Origin: Octopus sinensis | Lineage: Eukaryota | DNA: 64,000 nt | NCBI RefSeq assembly: GCF_006345805.1 | Contig: NC_043007.1 | Coordinates: 60,016,001 to 60,080,000, forward strand | Direction of reading: 5' to 3' | Part shown: positions 26,941 to 40,059 of the stretch, piece after piece | Numbering within the stretch: position 1 is the first letter of the stretch | Layout: every line of letters begins with the position of its first letter | Notes under the pieces: model-generated | Told to the model about the DNA's origin: nothing | The model's database searches: none | What the model saw: the letters and a program-made list of their open reading frames with translations, nothing else | Position numbers and translations under genes: made by a program

Positions 26941-27469
26941 CATAAGGAGAAAACGCTGCAAACGCTTCAATGATGCACGTATGTCAGGTGCATAGCACCT
27001 ATATATATGCACATCCTAACTCGACTAGAAATCCCAAGACAAATCCTAAGAACTATCTTAACTCAAAAGTCTCGTCCCTTTGTTAGCGACTGATTTTAAC
27101 TCCATGAAGAAGAACTTAAATAAATCTTAAAGAAGACATTTTTATACATTATAAAAACTTGTGATTTCACGACCAAAATGAGACCACTCATAGGTTCTGT
27201 AGTGCGAATAAAGACAAATATTACTGATTTCCCATGGCTAACTTACAACCTAGATAAACCATTCTTTAGATGGATGTGATTACGATGATGATTTTCCTCT
27301 CAAATGACGATTTCATTTAAATGTTATTTGTCTGTGAGCAATGGATTGTTAATTTCCGTTTAGCCAGAAAGAAAGGAATATAGGAAAGATATATAAGAGA
27401 CAAAAGAAAGAAAGAAGATAGAAGGAAAGAAAGGAAAGATGTACCACATATGCTTAGAGTTTTGTCTTT

Positions 27470-27925
27470 CAGTAGGGCAGTAGGCATTAAACTAGTATTC
27501 GGAAATAAATGGCGGTGAGGTAGTCATTGAAATGTTGAAAAAAATGTTAGTAAAAGAAAACAGGCGATAGTTCAAAAGGTTGAGAAGCACTGCTCTCTAA
27601 GGAACTTGAAAAACAAAGAACTGTAATTTTTTTTTTTTTAATTTGGAATCTACAATATTATTTTAAGGGCCCATGAAAACATGTTGCTTTAAATATATAT
27701 ATATTGGTATGTATTGCATGAAAAACCTAGGTTTCTTTCTCTAACATTTTACATAGGTCATCCTACACAAGTTAATGTATGGAAAACAAAATAGGAATTT
27801 TGAAAGAAGTTTCTATAAAACTAGTTTTGAAACAGTGAATGGCTATAAGGATCCACCAGAATAAAATAGTAATCAAAAAGGTCAGTCTATAAATAAAAAA
27901 TGGTTGAGAAGGCCTGCTTTAACCT
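27470..27925. mobile_element. hAT-like MITE remnants (two termini)
   Basis: AAGGTTGAGAAGCACTG near 27577-27593 and TGGTTGAGAAGGCCTG near 27901-27916. Confidence 0.5.
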
Positions 27926-29182
27926 TTAGCATAAGTGTCAAAAGGTGAACTAGGAATCGAAACAGTTACCGATTTGATTCCACCAAGATTTAAGTATTAA
28001 CCTAACGTATTTATTGGAACCCTTTAGAATGATTAAACTTTTTTTTCATCATTACAAATTGTTGGTTTTAATGAGGTTCACCTTAGCAAAACTGAATCAC
28101 AACATACGCAGAAAAAAAAACAAAATGCATTTTTGTTATAACTAATTATCTCATATATAATTAATTATTTTATTAGAAAAGATGGTTGGACGAAGAAAAA
28201 AAAACTCTATTTTTAATCTGATCTTTTTTTAATCTGATGCCGCCCTATTGCATCACTGGGCTGAATAAATGTAATTAAAAGAAAATTAATTTAAACTAGT
28301 ACGTGAGCAAAAGGAAAGGGAATGAAAATTGGTTACATTCTGGGTTTCTTTTCTATTCTCTGTGTTTGGTAAAACTGTTTATATTAATCTCCGGTGTTTA
28401 GTCTCGAACTGACAGCGTTTCTTCGTTTTCCTAGTCTTTAAACTAAAAATTGACGTTTAATGAGTATGTCCGTTAATTTCCGGTCCCTGGCTTTGAGCCT
28501 ATCACTCGTTCTTTCGTAGACACAGCTTCCGCTTCCATTACACTACTTCTGGTATTTAGTCATAGTAGATTAACAGAAGCAAATTTCATCATTACCAGTA
28601 ATATTGTCATCATTTACGTAGTTGCTGCCATCATCGTTTCATCATCATCATCATTTCATCAGCAGCATCGTCATCGTTATCGTCGTCGTCATAAAACTAA
28701 AATGATATTTTTCAGCACACAAAGCGAAAGTAGAAGCTGATTTGCACATTAAGATGTCTGTCTGTGGGCCGATTGATATATGATTCCTCTCCCATCACCT
28801 GTACAACTGATTGTCCTTTGGAAAGACTTTTCTCAACAGCTCGACGCTTTCTACGTAAATTGACAAGCATCTTTCTAAACTGTTGACTCTATATTAAAAT
28901 CTTTCCAAATTCCTCCGGTTAAAATGCATAGATACGACCAATATTATTATTAAGTTCAAATTCCGCCGAGGCTGACTTTTTTATCCTTTCGGAGTTAATA
29001 AAATAGGTATCAGTTGAACACTGGGGTCGATGTAATCAACATACCCCTCCCCTAAAACTACTAGCCTTGTGCCAAAATTTGAAGCCATTATTATTATTAT
29101 TACTACTATTATTATAATTTTTAATAATAATGAAAGGATTGAGGTAACTCCTCCTGAAGTCAAAATTAAAAGAAGGTAGCCT

Positions 29183-29323
29183 TTGTTATCTAGTGAATGA
29201 TATTTCGAGATCTTGTGTGTCTTCAACTGGTTCAAGAAATAAATCTGTCAATCTACTTCATTTTGATTAATATAGAAAGTTGAAGACACACAAGATGTCG
29301 AAATATCGTTCACTAGATAACAA
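29183..29323. repeat. Inverted repeat, 46-bp core arms, 49-bp spacer
   Basis: 29183-29228 vs 29278-29323, two mismatches; degenerate pairing extends about 22 bp further out. Confidence 0.9.
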
Positions 29324-29379
29324 TGGCACTCTTTTTTTATTTTGACTCTATGTTATTATTATTATTATTATTATTATTA

Positions 29380-29411
<32 letters not shown>

Positions 29412-29612
29412 TTATTATTATAAATTCATATGAAAAATATTGGCTTTGATATAAAAGTCAATTTAGATCTTAAATATTTAAGAATGAGACACCTATAAGT
29501 TTAAACAAACATGCGAAATAGTATCTTAGCACGAGATTAGTGAAAAATGAACGGAAAAACTATGCTTAAAACGATTTCAACTTATTCTAAAACTCTTATA
29601 ATCATAAATATT

Positions 29613-31150
29613 TCACCAATCTTTCATCTTCAATGTTTGTGGGATGAAAAATGTTTGATGTCGATCATATCTTGCACAATTTACAGCAGATATTGAATCC
29701 ATTGAAAGATACATTGCTGTTTTTACAATATTCATTCTATGAATCGTCATGGGAACATTTTCTGGTCTGCTTTGGAGATCATTTTTATGACTCTGTAGAT
29801 ACTGCTTCGCAAAAGATTTCATTTCGTTGAACATTTCCTCAATGGCATTAAACGCTGGGGAATAAGGAAGTGGATATTTAACCTTATGCTGTGGCGCGAA
29901 ATCATTTTCATCGGCACGTTTATGGATGCACGCATTGTCCATAATAAATATGACAGAATCTGATGTAGTAGCAGCGATCTTTAGCAAACATTGGTGTAAA
30001 AAGCTGTTGAATTCAAAAGTTGCTAAATTCAAATGTTTCAAACTGGACAAGACCCAACATACACATAGCGGCAATATTGTTTAAATTTTCCCCTTTTGTA
30101 GAAGGACGATCGGTGATTGCCTGAACTCCACAGTAAGCTCTGCCCATTGACCATAAAAAAATCTAAAAGCATTTCATAAACAAAAACTTTATATATGTAT
30201 TTACCAAATATAATAATCATTTACCTCGAAATACAAATGTTGAATTCAAAAGTTGCTAAATTCAAATGTTTCAAACTGGACAAGACCCAACATACACATA
30301 GCGGCAATATTGTTTAAATTTTCCCCTTTTGTAGAAGGGCGATCGGTGATTGCCTGAACTCCACAGTAAACTCTGCCCATTGACCTTAAAAAAAAATCTA
30401 AAAGCATTTCATAAACAAAAACTTTATATATGTATTTACCAAATATAATAATCATTTACCTCGAAATACAAATGTAATTTGTTTCCTCAATATTTACACG
30501 ACGAAATTCAAATTCCGCCGCGGTCGACTTTGCCTTTCGGGGTCGATAAATTAAGTGCCAGTTGCGTACTGGGGTCGATCTAAAATTTCGGGCCTTGTGC
30601 CTAGAGTAGAAAAAAATATCTACTCGACGAATAACTAATCCATTACCTTGAAACAATTTTGCGTAATAACATCGCTCCTTTTTTGTGTTTTCGTTATTTC
30701 GTTTTTGAGGGCGAATTATTCATTTTTTCAGAGTGGATCCATAGCCGTCAAGGTAGCAATCAATAGCTGACAATGAAAAAGTAAAATCGAATTTCATTTG
30801 TAAAAGTTCTCTCATTCTTTTCAAAGTTAAATTAATCTATTCTTATAAAAATTTATGAGTTTCCTTGATTTTTCGGTGTCGGTACCCACGTTTTTTCTTT
30901 GGAGAATAATCTTTATGTGCAATTGTTTTGATTGTGCTGTAGTTAATATCAAGGGAGTGGGACAACGATTTCAAATTTTCGCTGTTTCTGGAAGCAGAAA
31001 ATATTCTTTTTTATCCTGCTCAGATACTTTCTTGTTTTGCATGTTAAAAATGATTAAACTATTATGTTTTAAATCGGACTTTAAAACCAAAGGGACGAAT
31101 TCATTTGAGAAAGGGACGAATTCAATCGGGAAATATTGTAGTATCATTCA
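29613..31150 (-). mobile_element. Decayed IS630/Tc1-like DDE transposase gene with a predicted intron, a tandem duplication and a SINE insertion
   Basis: N-terminal MQNKKVSEQDKKRIF... from about 31040; IEETNY (first catalytic position), GRVYCG...TKGENL..IAAM, IMDNACIH, PLPYSPAFNAIEE (32 residues between D and E as read). Confidence 0.85.
30005..30475. repeat. Tandem duplication, 233-bp period
   Basis: TGTTGAATTCAAAAGTTGC...CCTCGAAATACAAATGT at 30005-30240 and 30238-30475, near identical. Confidence 0.95.
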
Positions 31151-31835
31151 CAAACTAATTGATATACGCTCGTATTACTTGTACGCTCATCCTACCTGTA
31201 TGTCTATGCGAAGGTTTCCAGTGAAGGAGATCGCTGGATATTTCATCGTTGCTTCTGCAGCGGTGTGCTACATAACGTGTTCTTTCTCTGATTACTGAGG
31301 TAGTAGTAGAAAGACTGTCCTATAGTCGCTGCTTTGTAAGGTGTTGCTGCCAAAAATGGCTGAGAACTACACGAAGCATTCTCGTATATGAAACGTCAAG
31401 CATCTTTCCAAGTCTTTTGTGCAGTGTGGGGACTGAAAGGTCATAGAAATGCACCGTATAACTAAGCTTAATAAATAATAAAATCTACTACCTAATATAG
31501 TAAAAAAAACATAGTAAATCAGTAAATCCAAGATTCCCGAAATGCGAATGATGTTCATATACTTTGAAGGTTATTGTCTATACAGAAACCCGATGAAAAT
31601 TATTTTTGTATATTTATTCTATGTATTCTGTTGTTTTTTACATACATACATACATACATACATACACATATGTACACATACACACATACACATACAAACA
31701 TACCTACATATGTGTGTGCGCGTGTGTATGTGTATGTGTGTGCCTGTCTGAAAAGTGTGACGGCAAAAGGAGAGGTGAAAGAGGAAGAGAGACTGAGTAA
31801 AATATACATGACGCTGGCAACCAGTTACATCCATA

Positions 31836-32732
31836 TAGGCGGTGCGTTCAAAAAGTAGCCGATTTTATTTCCCGCCAAAACTAATGCTGCGTGAGCAAAA
31901 TCTTTTGAGTGAGAGGTGACGCCACCCTTCCTGCGCATACATAAAAATTTTCGCGTCGGTAGGCTGTGTCAGTTCCCGGTTGTTACATCTACAATACAGG
32001 TGTGTCGTGCGCGCTGGTCGGATTTTAGTTTTCACCGAATGCATTGAGCAGTGATATTGCATCAGGTTTTGCCAAAAGCTAAGTGATACTCGGGCTCAAA
32101 CCATCTAGAAGATTCAGCAGGCCTTTAGTGATGATACCATGGGAAAATTCAGATCAAGGAGTGGTGCAACTGCTTCAAGCATGACCGTATCTCAGTGAAG
32201 AGCGAGGCTTGCTTAGACACGTCACCCGCAAGCCGGAACGAAAAGCCGATTAAGGAAGGATCGGCGAATAGTCATGGAAGACCGTCGTGTAACAGACCAA
32301 GAAGTTACTCGCGAAGTGAGAATACGTACTGAATCAGAGCATTCCACTTTAACAGAGGATTTGTGCCTGTAGAGAGTGTCGGCGAAATTCGGTCCCCAGA
32401 TGCTGGGGAAGTAGCAGGAGCAACTCTGCGTGGAACTCGCTCAGGACATGCTGGACTGTGCAAACCATGATCCAAGCTTCATGAAGACTATTAACACTGG
32501 TGATGAGACATGCTTTTGTAGTCTCTACCCGATGCGTTCTGTAATTTTATGTGAAAACGAAAGTCCGACAAGTTCGTACTACACATCTGTGCTTTAGGTG
32601 TAACAGGTGAGAACTGACGTGAAAATTTTCGCGCATGTGCAGGAAGGATTGTATCACATTCCAGCCAAAGGATTTTGCTCATGCGGCATGAGCTTGGCGG
32701 AAAAGAATAATATCGGATACTTTTTGAACAAA
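31836..32732 (+). mobile_element. Internally deleted, decayed mariner element
   Basis: TIRs GGCGGTGCGTTCAAAAAGTAGCCGA / TCGGATACTTTTTGAACA. Broken frame resembles EQ..CI.FCQKL..T.AQTI.KIQQAF.DD...RVSAKF.P..L...TGDET. Long subterminal inverted segments. Confidence 0.85.
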
Positions 32733-33019
32733 AAATAATGATGTGGATTAGATTAATGCACATAAATAACAAAACACAAAAAACGGGAAATCTTGGCAAG
32801 TTTCAAAAGATACAAATCAAAATATAATGTCGTAGTCAAAGAGAAGGAAACATTCAAAACAAAAAAAAAGAAAGAAATTATCACAAAATGAGATTATATA
32901 GAACTCTCTTTAAGTTTGAGAGCGTTTGTGTAGATTATTCCAGGAGAATGGACAGGTAATTGTCAGTGGTTACAAAAACAAAATATCAGTAGAAAGAGAG
33001 AAATAATTTTTTCTGATAT

Positions 33020-33400
33020 TTGGCACAAGTCCAAGAGTTTTAAGAGGATGGAGAAGTCATTACCAGTGCTGGAATGGTTCTTATTTTATGGAAACCCGAA
33101 AGGACGAATGACAAAATCGACCTCGAACTCAGAACGTAAAGATGGAAGAAATGCAGCTGAGCATTTTGTCCAGCGTGCTAACGATACTGCTTGCTTGCCA
33201 ACTTTAATGGTTTCAACTTTTGGCACGAGGCCAGCAATTTTTTGGTGAGAGGTAAGTTCGATTACATCGATGCCAAATATTCTATCGACCCCGAAAGGAT
33301 AAAACATAAAGTCGACCTCGGCGACATTCGAACTCAGACCGTAAAGCCGGTAGAAATGCCACAAAGCATTTCGTTCGGCGTATTAAAAGCTTACAAAAAC
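33020..33400 (-). mobile_element. Two head-to-tail SINE family A copies
   Basis: Core GTCGACCTCG...GAACTCAGA at about 33115-33140 and 33310-33340. Confidence 0.75.
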
Positions 33401-35166
33401 ATGCCGAATGTAATCCTTTCACATTTATTGCACAGCAGGAATGAAAAGGATTATAAGAGAATCACCCGTCACCGGCAAACGAGTACGGTTTGGCAACATG
33501 TACCATGTTTTCGTTAGATGTTTTAGGTGACTGGGTAGTCGCGAGCAGATACAGACACCTTCTTGGCTCCCCCCCCCATTTCACCTAGCAATACAGACAC
33601 GATGTAACAGCTAGAGAGACACACAGACAGACAGGGTGCGAGAGAGAGAGCGAGAGACAGAGAGACAAAGACAGACAGACAGAACTGCACAAGCAATCAA
33701 CTGTTACTTATTTTCAGCCGAGTTGACCGGAGCAACGTGAAATAAAATATACGTAGAACACCGACTTTACGGACACTGATGGTCTAGAATGTCTTATAAT
33801 CCGCACTAATGTTAGAATAGAAACTTCAAATTACCGCGGCTGCCAGACTAGTTTACTGATACTTGCGCAGATTGGTACCTTGCGCAGTAGAGTATTAAAA
33901 ATTTTTCATCATTTATACTAATGTACAGGTAAATACATCCTCTGCTTCGGAAAAATCAGTTATCCAGAAATGCTTTGGAACCAAAAGTTCCGGAAAATCA
34001 ATGTTGTACATGTACCTTGCTGAAAAATACCCATTGCACCGCCTTATCCAGGAAGTGAACCGACAACAGTATGACTATGAGCCAAATAGTAACCACTAGG
34101 CCAACATCTTTACGAAAAGGATAGCAGAGTAATCAGAAAAGAATTACAGTAACTTCGATCTAAAAATAGAAACAAGCAACTCCGTCAAGAGTATAGCTTA
34201 CTCGAGAAGCGTTAAATTATTTAGACATAAGACGGGACTGAGCTATATGCAAACACCAGTAAATCAGGACAGAAAATATATTGTCTAAATCTTCACAAAA
34301 ATCTGTCGCTAAAAGTAAACCAGAATCCGTTAGAAGATAAGTGGGAGCTGACAGAGAAATAAATAATAATCAGCTTTAGGAAGGATTAGCAAAACTGATC
34401 CAACTATACCTTTTAGTTAGGACATTGCAAGTGAAAAAAATGTCGTATGAGGCGATGAGTGGGCACGAGTCAGGGAAGGTAAACTAAAAAGCTATGTTAT
34501 CTAAACTTGTTATACGTAAAGAATTTAAATCTAACTAAACTGGAACAATATCCAAAAGTAAGCTGTAAAATTAAATTACAAACTGGAATCCTTGAAATGA
34601 GTATGGAAATCGATGGAAGATGTTAGCATCTTTGTGTCACCCACTCCCCTACAAATAAATACAAAATTACGTTTTTAAGTAAATACACACATGAATAGAA
34701 TAAGAGATTTGCAATATTTAAGAAGGGGGAAAGAGGAATATAAAAATAAGGGGGAAACAAAATGGAACAAAATTCAGTGGCATAATAGATTTTAGTGAAA
34801 TAGAAGAGACTTCGGAGATTCCGAGAATAAACGATAAAATCGAAGTGGTTTAACGGGAGAAAAGTAGAGGAGAAACGGGGAGAACGACTGCAAAATAATG
34901 TGTACACATATATGCACGTGTGACGACAAGTTTTTCTTGACGTACGCAAATGCAGACAAAGTGGTAGCTACACACACATACATATATACATATATATATA
35001 TATACACACACACATATATAACTACATGTATACATAGATGCAAGAATACTTGTGTGGGGGTACAAAAGATGCAGCATGACTTCATATCATGCATATAAAC
35101 GAAATTCAGTCAAATGCTCATGCCACTCGCGCACATGCAATAATACACAACATATACATATATACA

Positions 35167-35204
<38 letters not shown>

Positions 35205-35259
35205 GTTGCGTGTGTGTGTGAACGTGTGTGAAGGTTTGTGTGTATGCATCTGTGTATAT

Positions 35260-35296
35260 TATACATACACATGTGTGTGTGTATATATGTGTGTTA

Positions 35297-35333
<37 letters not shown>

Positions 35334-35609
35334 TATATACCCCATACATTCACAAATACATAGACACATACATACTACATACATACATACATAAAAACAT
35401 AAATAAGCACATACATACACCCACATATATACATACACATAGACACGTATATACATACATAAATATATACATACATACACACACATATATACATACATAT
35501 ACACACACATACATACATACATACATACATACATACATACATACATACACACATATATACATACATATACACACACATACATACATACATACATACATAC
35601 ATACATACA

Positions 35610-35643
<34 letters not shown>

Positions 35644-35834
35644 ACCACTTCCACACACACACATATACATTTCATGAAATCAACAGAAGCGATAGGAACG
35701 CAATATGTTTCTGATAAAGTAGCAAAAGAAAACAACAACTTAAACAAAATAATCACAAGAATATCAGCAGCAATAACAACAATAATGATATAAAAAACAA
35801 CAAGAATAATATCAACGACAACAATAACAAAAGC

Positions 35835-35883
<49 letters not shown>

Positions 35884-36339
35884 TAATAATAATAATAATA
35901 ATAAGGATAATCAAATGAAATATAAGGAATAATATCAAGGGGAGAAATATTAGAAGACCGAAAGAAAGAATGACAGCGAAAAAGAGATACAAAATCAGGG
36001 GGAAAAAAGGAAAGAAAAAAAGAAATAGTACGAAGAGGGAAAGTTTATATTTATTTATTTATTTATTTATTTGCTTTTTTATTTGTAATGGGTGTTTGAG
36101 TTGACAATTGTAAGAAGAAAACCAAAAAGAAAAAGTAACAAAAAACAGAAAGTCTTCAAAGAAAGGTTTACTGCTACCGACTTGTCTTACAAGATGGCGA
36201 AAATCTTTTAGCTAGGATGGTAATTCTAGTTAGTTCTTCACGTTGAATAAGGTAAGGAACCATGCTTATAAGTTTATACTTCAGCATTCGCGAGGAGAAA
36301 GCATTGTACGCTAGTTCATGTAGTTGTGTGTGTATATAC

Positions 36340-36370
<31 letters not shown>

Positions 36371-36394
36371 ATACATACATACATATATACGTAC

Positions 36395-36437
<43 letters not shown>

Positions 36438-36697
36438 GAATGTATGTATAGATATATACATGCATATATACATTTATATATACATATATATACATACATG
36501 CATACATATATATATACATATATACATATGCGTTCATGCATATGTGTATGGATATATATAGACATACATATATACATACACATATATACATACATGCAAA
36601 TACACATATTTATTTATGTAAATATGCGTGTACAAAATATATTTGCGTGATTATGTGTCTCTATAGATATAGAGACACACACGCACACACACTTATT

Positions 36698-36735
<38 letters not shown>

Positions 36736-36780
36736 TATGAATTGACATATGCATACATGTACATATATGTATGAGTGTGC

Positions 36781-36843
<63 letters not shown>

Positions 36844-37330
36844 CATACATAAGCATATATTTAAGTGTGCCATTTTCTGAGATACTGAGTATGGTGTGTG
36901 TGTGTATATTATGGAAGAATATATACCTACAAAGGTGTGTGTATGTGTGTATGTATATATGTTATATATGTGTATATATATATATACATATACATATATA
37001 TGTATGCACATACATGTATATATTCATGTGCGTGTCAACCAGCGCTCACTGCACATTGATTATGTTTACGCAGACTCTATGCATATATTTACACACCTAT
37101 GTACATACTCATATACTAACAAATACACACCCACTGTCCATTAGTGAGGAAGTAAAAGGAAAATTCACAAAGCATCAATCAGAACCTATCGATCGATTCG
37201 TTTCGAATATCTTTGGCACTCACACACATACACACGCAAACACATACATGCACACACTTATATACACGAACGTTTATTCACACTGCCAGTTGCATACTAA
37301 CACGTGCTTATAAGTGTGTGTGTGTATTTG
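35260..37330. repeat. Large compound microsatellite zone: (TACA)n, (AAT/AAC)n, (AT)n, (CA/GT)n
   Basis: Directly visible; accounts for the many low-complexity ORFs in the track. Confidence 0.9.
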
Positions 37331-38830
37331 TGTGTGTGTGTGCGCGTGTGTGTGTGTGTGTGCTTGTGTGTGAATGTAGCAATGTTTGTGTTTGCATATA
37401 CAAAGATATTCGCAAACGCCTGTAGATGCTTGCAATCACATAGGCTCTTAAACACTAAATGCAAGAACGCATGCATTATGTGCTCCACACATACAAGCCT
37501 TCCTCCAGAAACACACATCTCTCACATACTCACACACACACATACACACACAAATACACAGGCACACACACACAAACTCTCATACTCTCACGCCCATATT
37601 TATTATTCCTATATGTGGACATACGAACTCATGTTTCACAACTACATACTCTCAGGTATATTTATTTGCATAACCACACACATAGGTGTACGTGCTCCAC
37701 ATAAACACATATACGAAGAGAAGAAAAGAAAGAAAAAAGGAAGAAGAGGGGCACGCTTCCATTGGAAATACTTGTGATCCGGGTCATAAAATCAATACCA
37801 TTCAACCTACATGAAAATGAACAAATAAAATGGTGCATTGGGTTGACAATGAAGGTGAAGTGTAAGCTCAAACGTTGCAGTGTGTAATCCTGAGCTTCAG
37901 GCTTCTGATTTCAAATTCCACCAAAGTCGATGGATTTTCCCTTCACTGCAGGAAAATATCCACAAAACTTTACCTTTTAATGAGGCAAAATATTGTTGCT
38001 AAAATTATTGATATTATTAGGAAGAAGTTGTCTGATGGTAATACCAAAGAATTATCAGGACTGGAATGTATCCAGTTTTTTTTTTTTAAATAGAATACAA
38101 GTCGAACATTTCAATAAAAAAAATTGATCTGATGCAAAGATTACATATTTGATATTTTTGTTGGGAAAAGAATCAAGTTATGCAATATTGCAAGGTCAGC
38201 TGCACATCAGATACAAATGTCTCGTCAACAGTTGTATGGTGAAATAAAACGAAACTTACAGCTCTTGTATTCTGATCATAGATTCTTATTTCCAAAAGTG
38301 CAAGTATTATCGGAAGTGCACTGGATTCTGTATCAATGTATTTGCCGAAAATCTTAAAATTGCTTTGAATTTTTCCAAAACGAAAACTTCCTTCAATTTC
38401 AGAATAAAGTTCTTTTTTTTATTTTTCAGCCATTAAACTGCGGCTATGCTGGAGCACTACCTTGAAGAATTTTTAGTTGAATAAATCAACCCTAGTACTT
38501 TTTATTTACAAAGCCAGTTCTTATTCTATCGGTTTTTTTGCCGAACCGCTAAGTAACGGGGACCTAAACACCAAGAGCGGTTGTCAAGCGGTTGTAGGGG
38601 ACAAACACAGACACACATACGCACACATGTGTTTATACATATATACGTATATATGCACACGTACATATATACATACATACAAACAGACAGACAGACACAC
38701 ACACACACACACACACATACACACACATATACACACATATATACACACACATATACACACACATATACACACACATATATACACACACATATACATATAT
38801 ATATATATATATAATATATATATATAATTA

Positions 38831-39473
38831 ATAATAGGCCATTCACCCACTAGAAATAAATGTAAATGTTTTTTTAATTTTCTCCTGGTTTGCGGAATTA
38901 ATGTTATTTTGCGGTTGAAGCTTTGGCTGTTATTTCTAGTGGGTGAATGGCCTATTATGGCCGTTCCTTGATTGTGATGTTGAACTTATAAATGGTCTAT
39001 GACTATTTAATTTAATTTTTTCCCACTAGGCCGCTGGTGGCAAAAAAATTCTACAAAATTTTTTTGACACCCTATATTGATTAATTATGAATTTTCTGGT
39101 TGATTCCGTAATGGAATCGGCGGCTTATATTTATTTGCTGCCGATAAATTTGGCGCGAGTGCGATGATTTGAAAATTTTAGGTCAGATATTGCCGAGGCA
39201 GGGACAGAAGTGCCTCGTGAAAATATCTGTTCCGATCTGGCTATTTCTTACTGACGAATCTAAGGGCCTATGGAAGATTGGCTTGATTTAATTTAATCAG
39301 GTTAGTTTACCATTAAACTATAGATGAAACGGTGCATCGTATAAGAAATTTCAGGGTAAATGTTTTTTTAATTTTCTCCTGGTTTGCGGAATTAATGTTA
39401 TTTTGCGGTTGAAGCTTTGGCTGTTATTTCTAGTGGGTGAATGGCCTATTATGGCCGTTCCTTGATTGTGATG
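38831..39473 (+). mobile_element. Non-autonomous Penelope-type pLTR or retrozyme-like element: 494-nt unit, 118-nt terminal direct repeat, 29-nt 5' inversion
   Basis: 38862-38979 is repeated at 39356-39473; 38831-38859 is the exact reverse complement of 38930-38958; internal hammerhead; no ORF. Confidence 0.85.
39243..39349 (+). ncRNA. Type I hammerhead ribozyme, GUA cleavage predicted after 39341
   Basis: Stem I ATTTCTTA/TAAGAAAT (8 bp); CTGACGA 39251-39257; stem II ATCTA/TAGAT enclosing 58 nt; GAAA 39326-39329; stem III ACGGT-GC-ATCGT; H17 = A. Confidence 0.88.
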
Positions 39474-39489
39474 ATATATATATATATAT

Positions 39490-39865
39490 ATATTTCTTTA
39501 CTACCCACAAGGGGCTAAACACAGAGGGGACAAACAAGGACAGACAAACGGATTAAGTCGATTACATCGACCCCAGTACGCAACTGGTACTTAATTTATC
39601 GAACCCAAGAGGATGAAAGGCAAAGTCGACCTCGGCGGAATTTGAACCCAGAATGTAACGGCAGACGAAACACGGCTACGCATTTCGCCCGGCGTGCTAA
39701 CGTTTCTGCCAGCTCCGTTCAGTTTCCGCTTACCAAATCCACTCACAAGGGTTTGGTCGGTTCGAGGCTATAGGAGAAGACACTTGTCCGAGGTGTCCCA
39801 CAGTGGCAATAAACCCGGAACCATATAGTTGGGAAGCAAACTTCTTCCCACACAACCATGCCTGG
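39490..39865 (-). mobile_element. SINE family A (39490-39715) abutting a SINE family B head (39715-39865)
   Basis: Similarity to other copies in the window. Confidence 0.85.
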
Positions 39866-40059
39866 GCCTCTGTATATTGCGCATATATACACATCGCATC
39901 GAATATTGTGAGGTTGTATAGTGTAGTTCTTGTGTCTTTAGTTAAATGTGGTTGAATGATATTAAAACAAGAAAGCGCAACGATTCGTTGCTGTAGGAGA
40001 AGGCTGCGTTATCCTATCTCTATTTGAGGATGTTTTCGAGATTCCGGTTTAATTATTCG

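Noticed and set aside
34000-34620. Penelope RT or GIY-YIG remnant
   Set aside because: Only scattered short motif resemblances; cannot be supported by eye.
37760-37870. Internal exon with a GTAAGC donor
   Set aside because: No convincing acceptor and no recognisable peptide.
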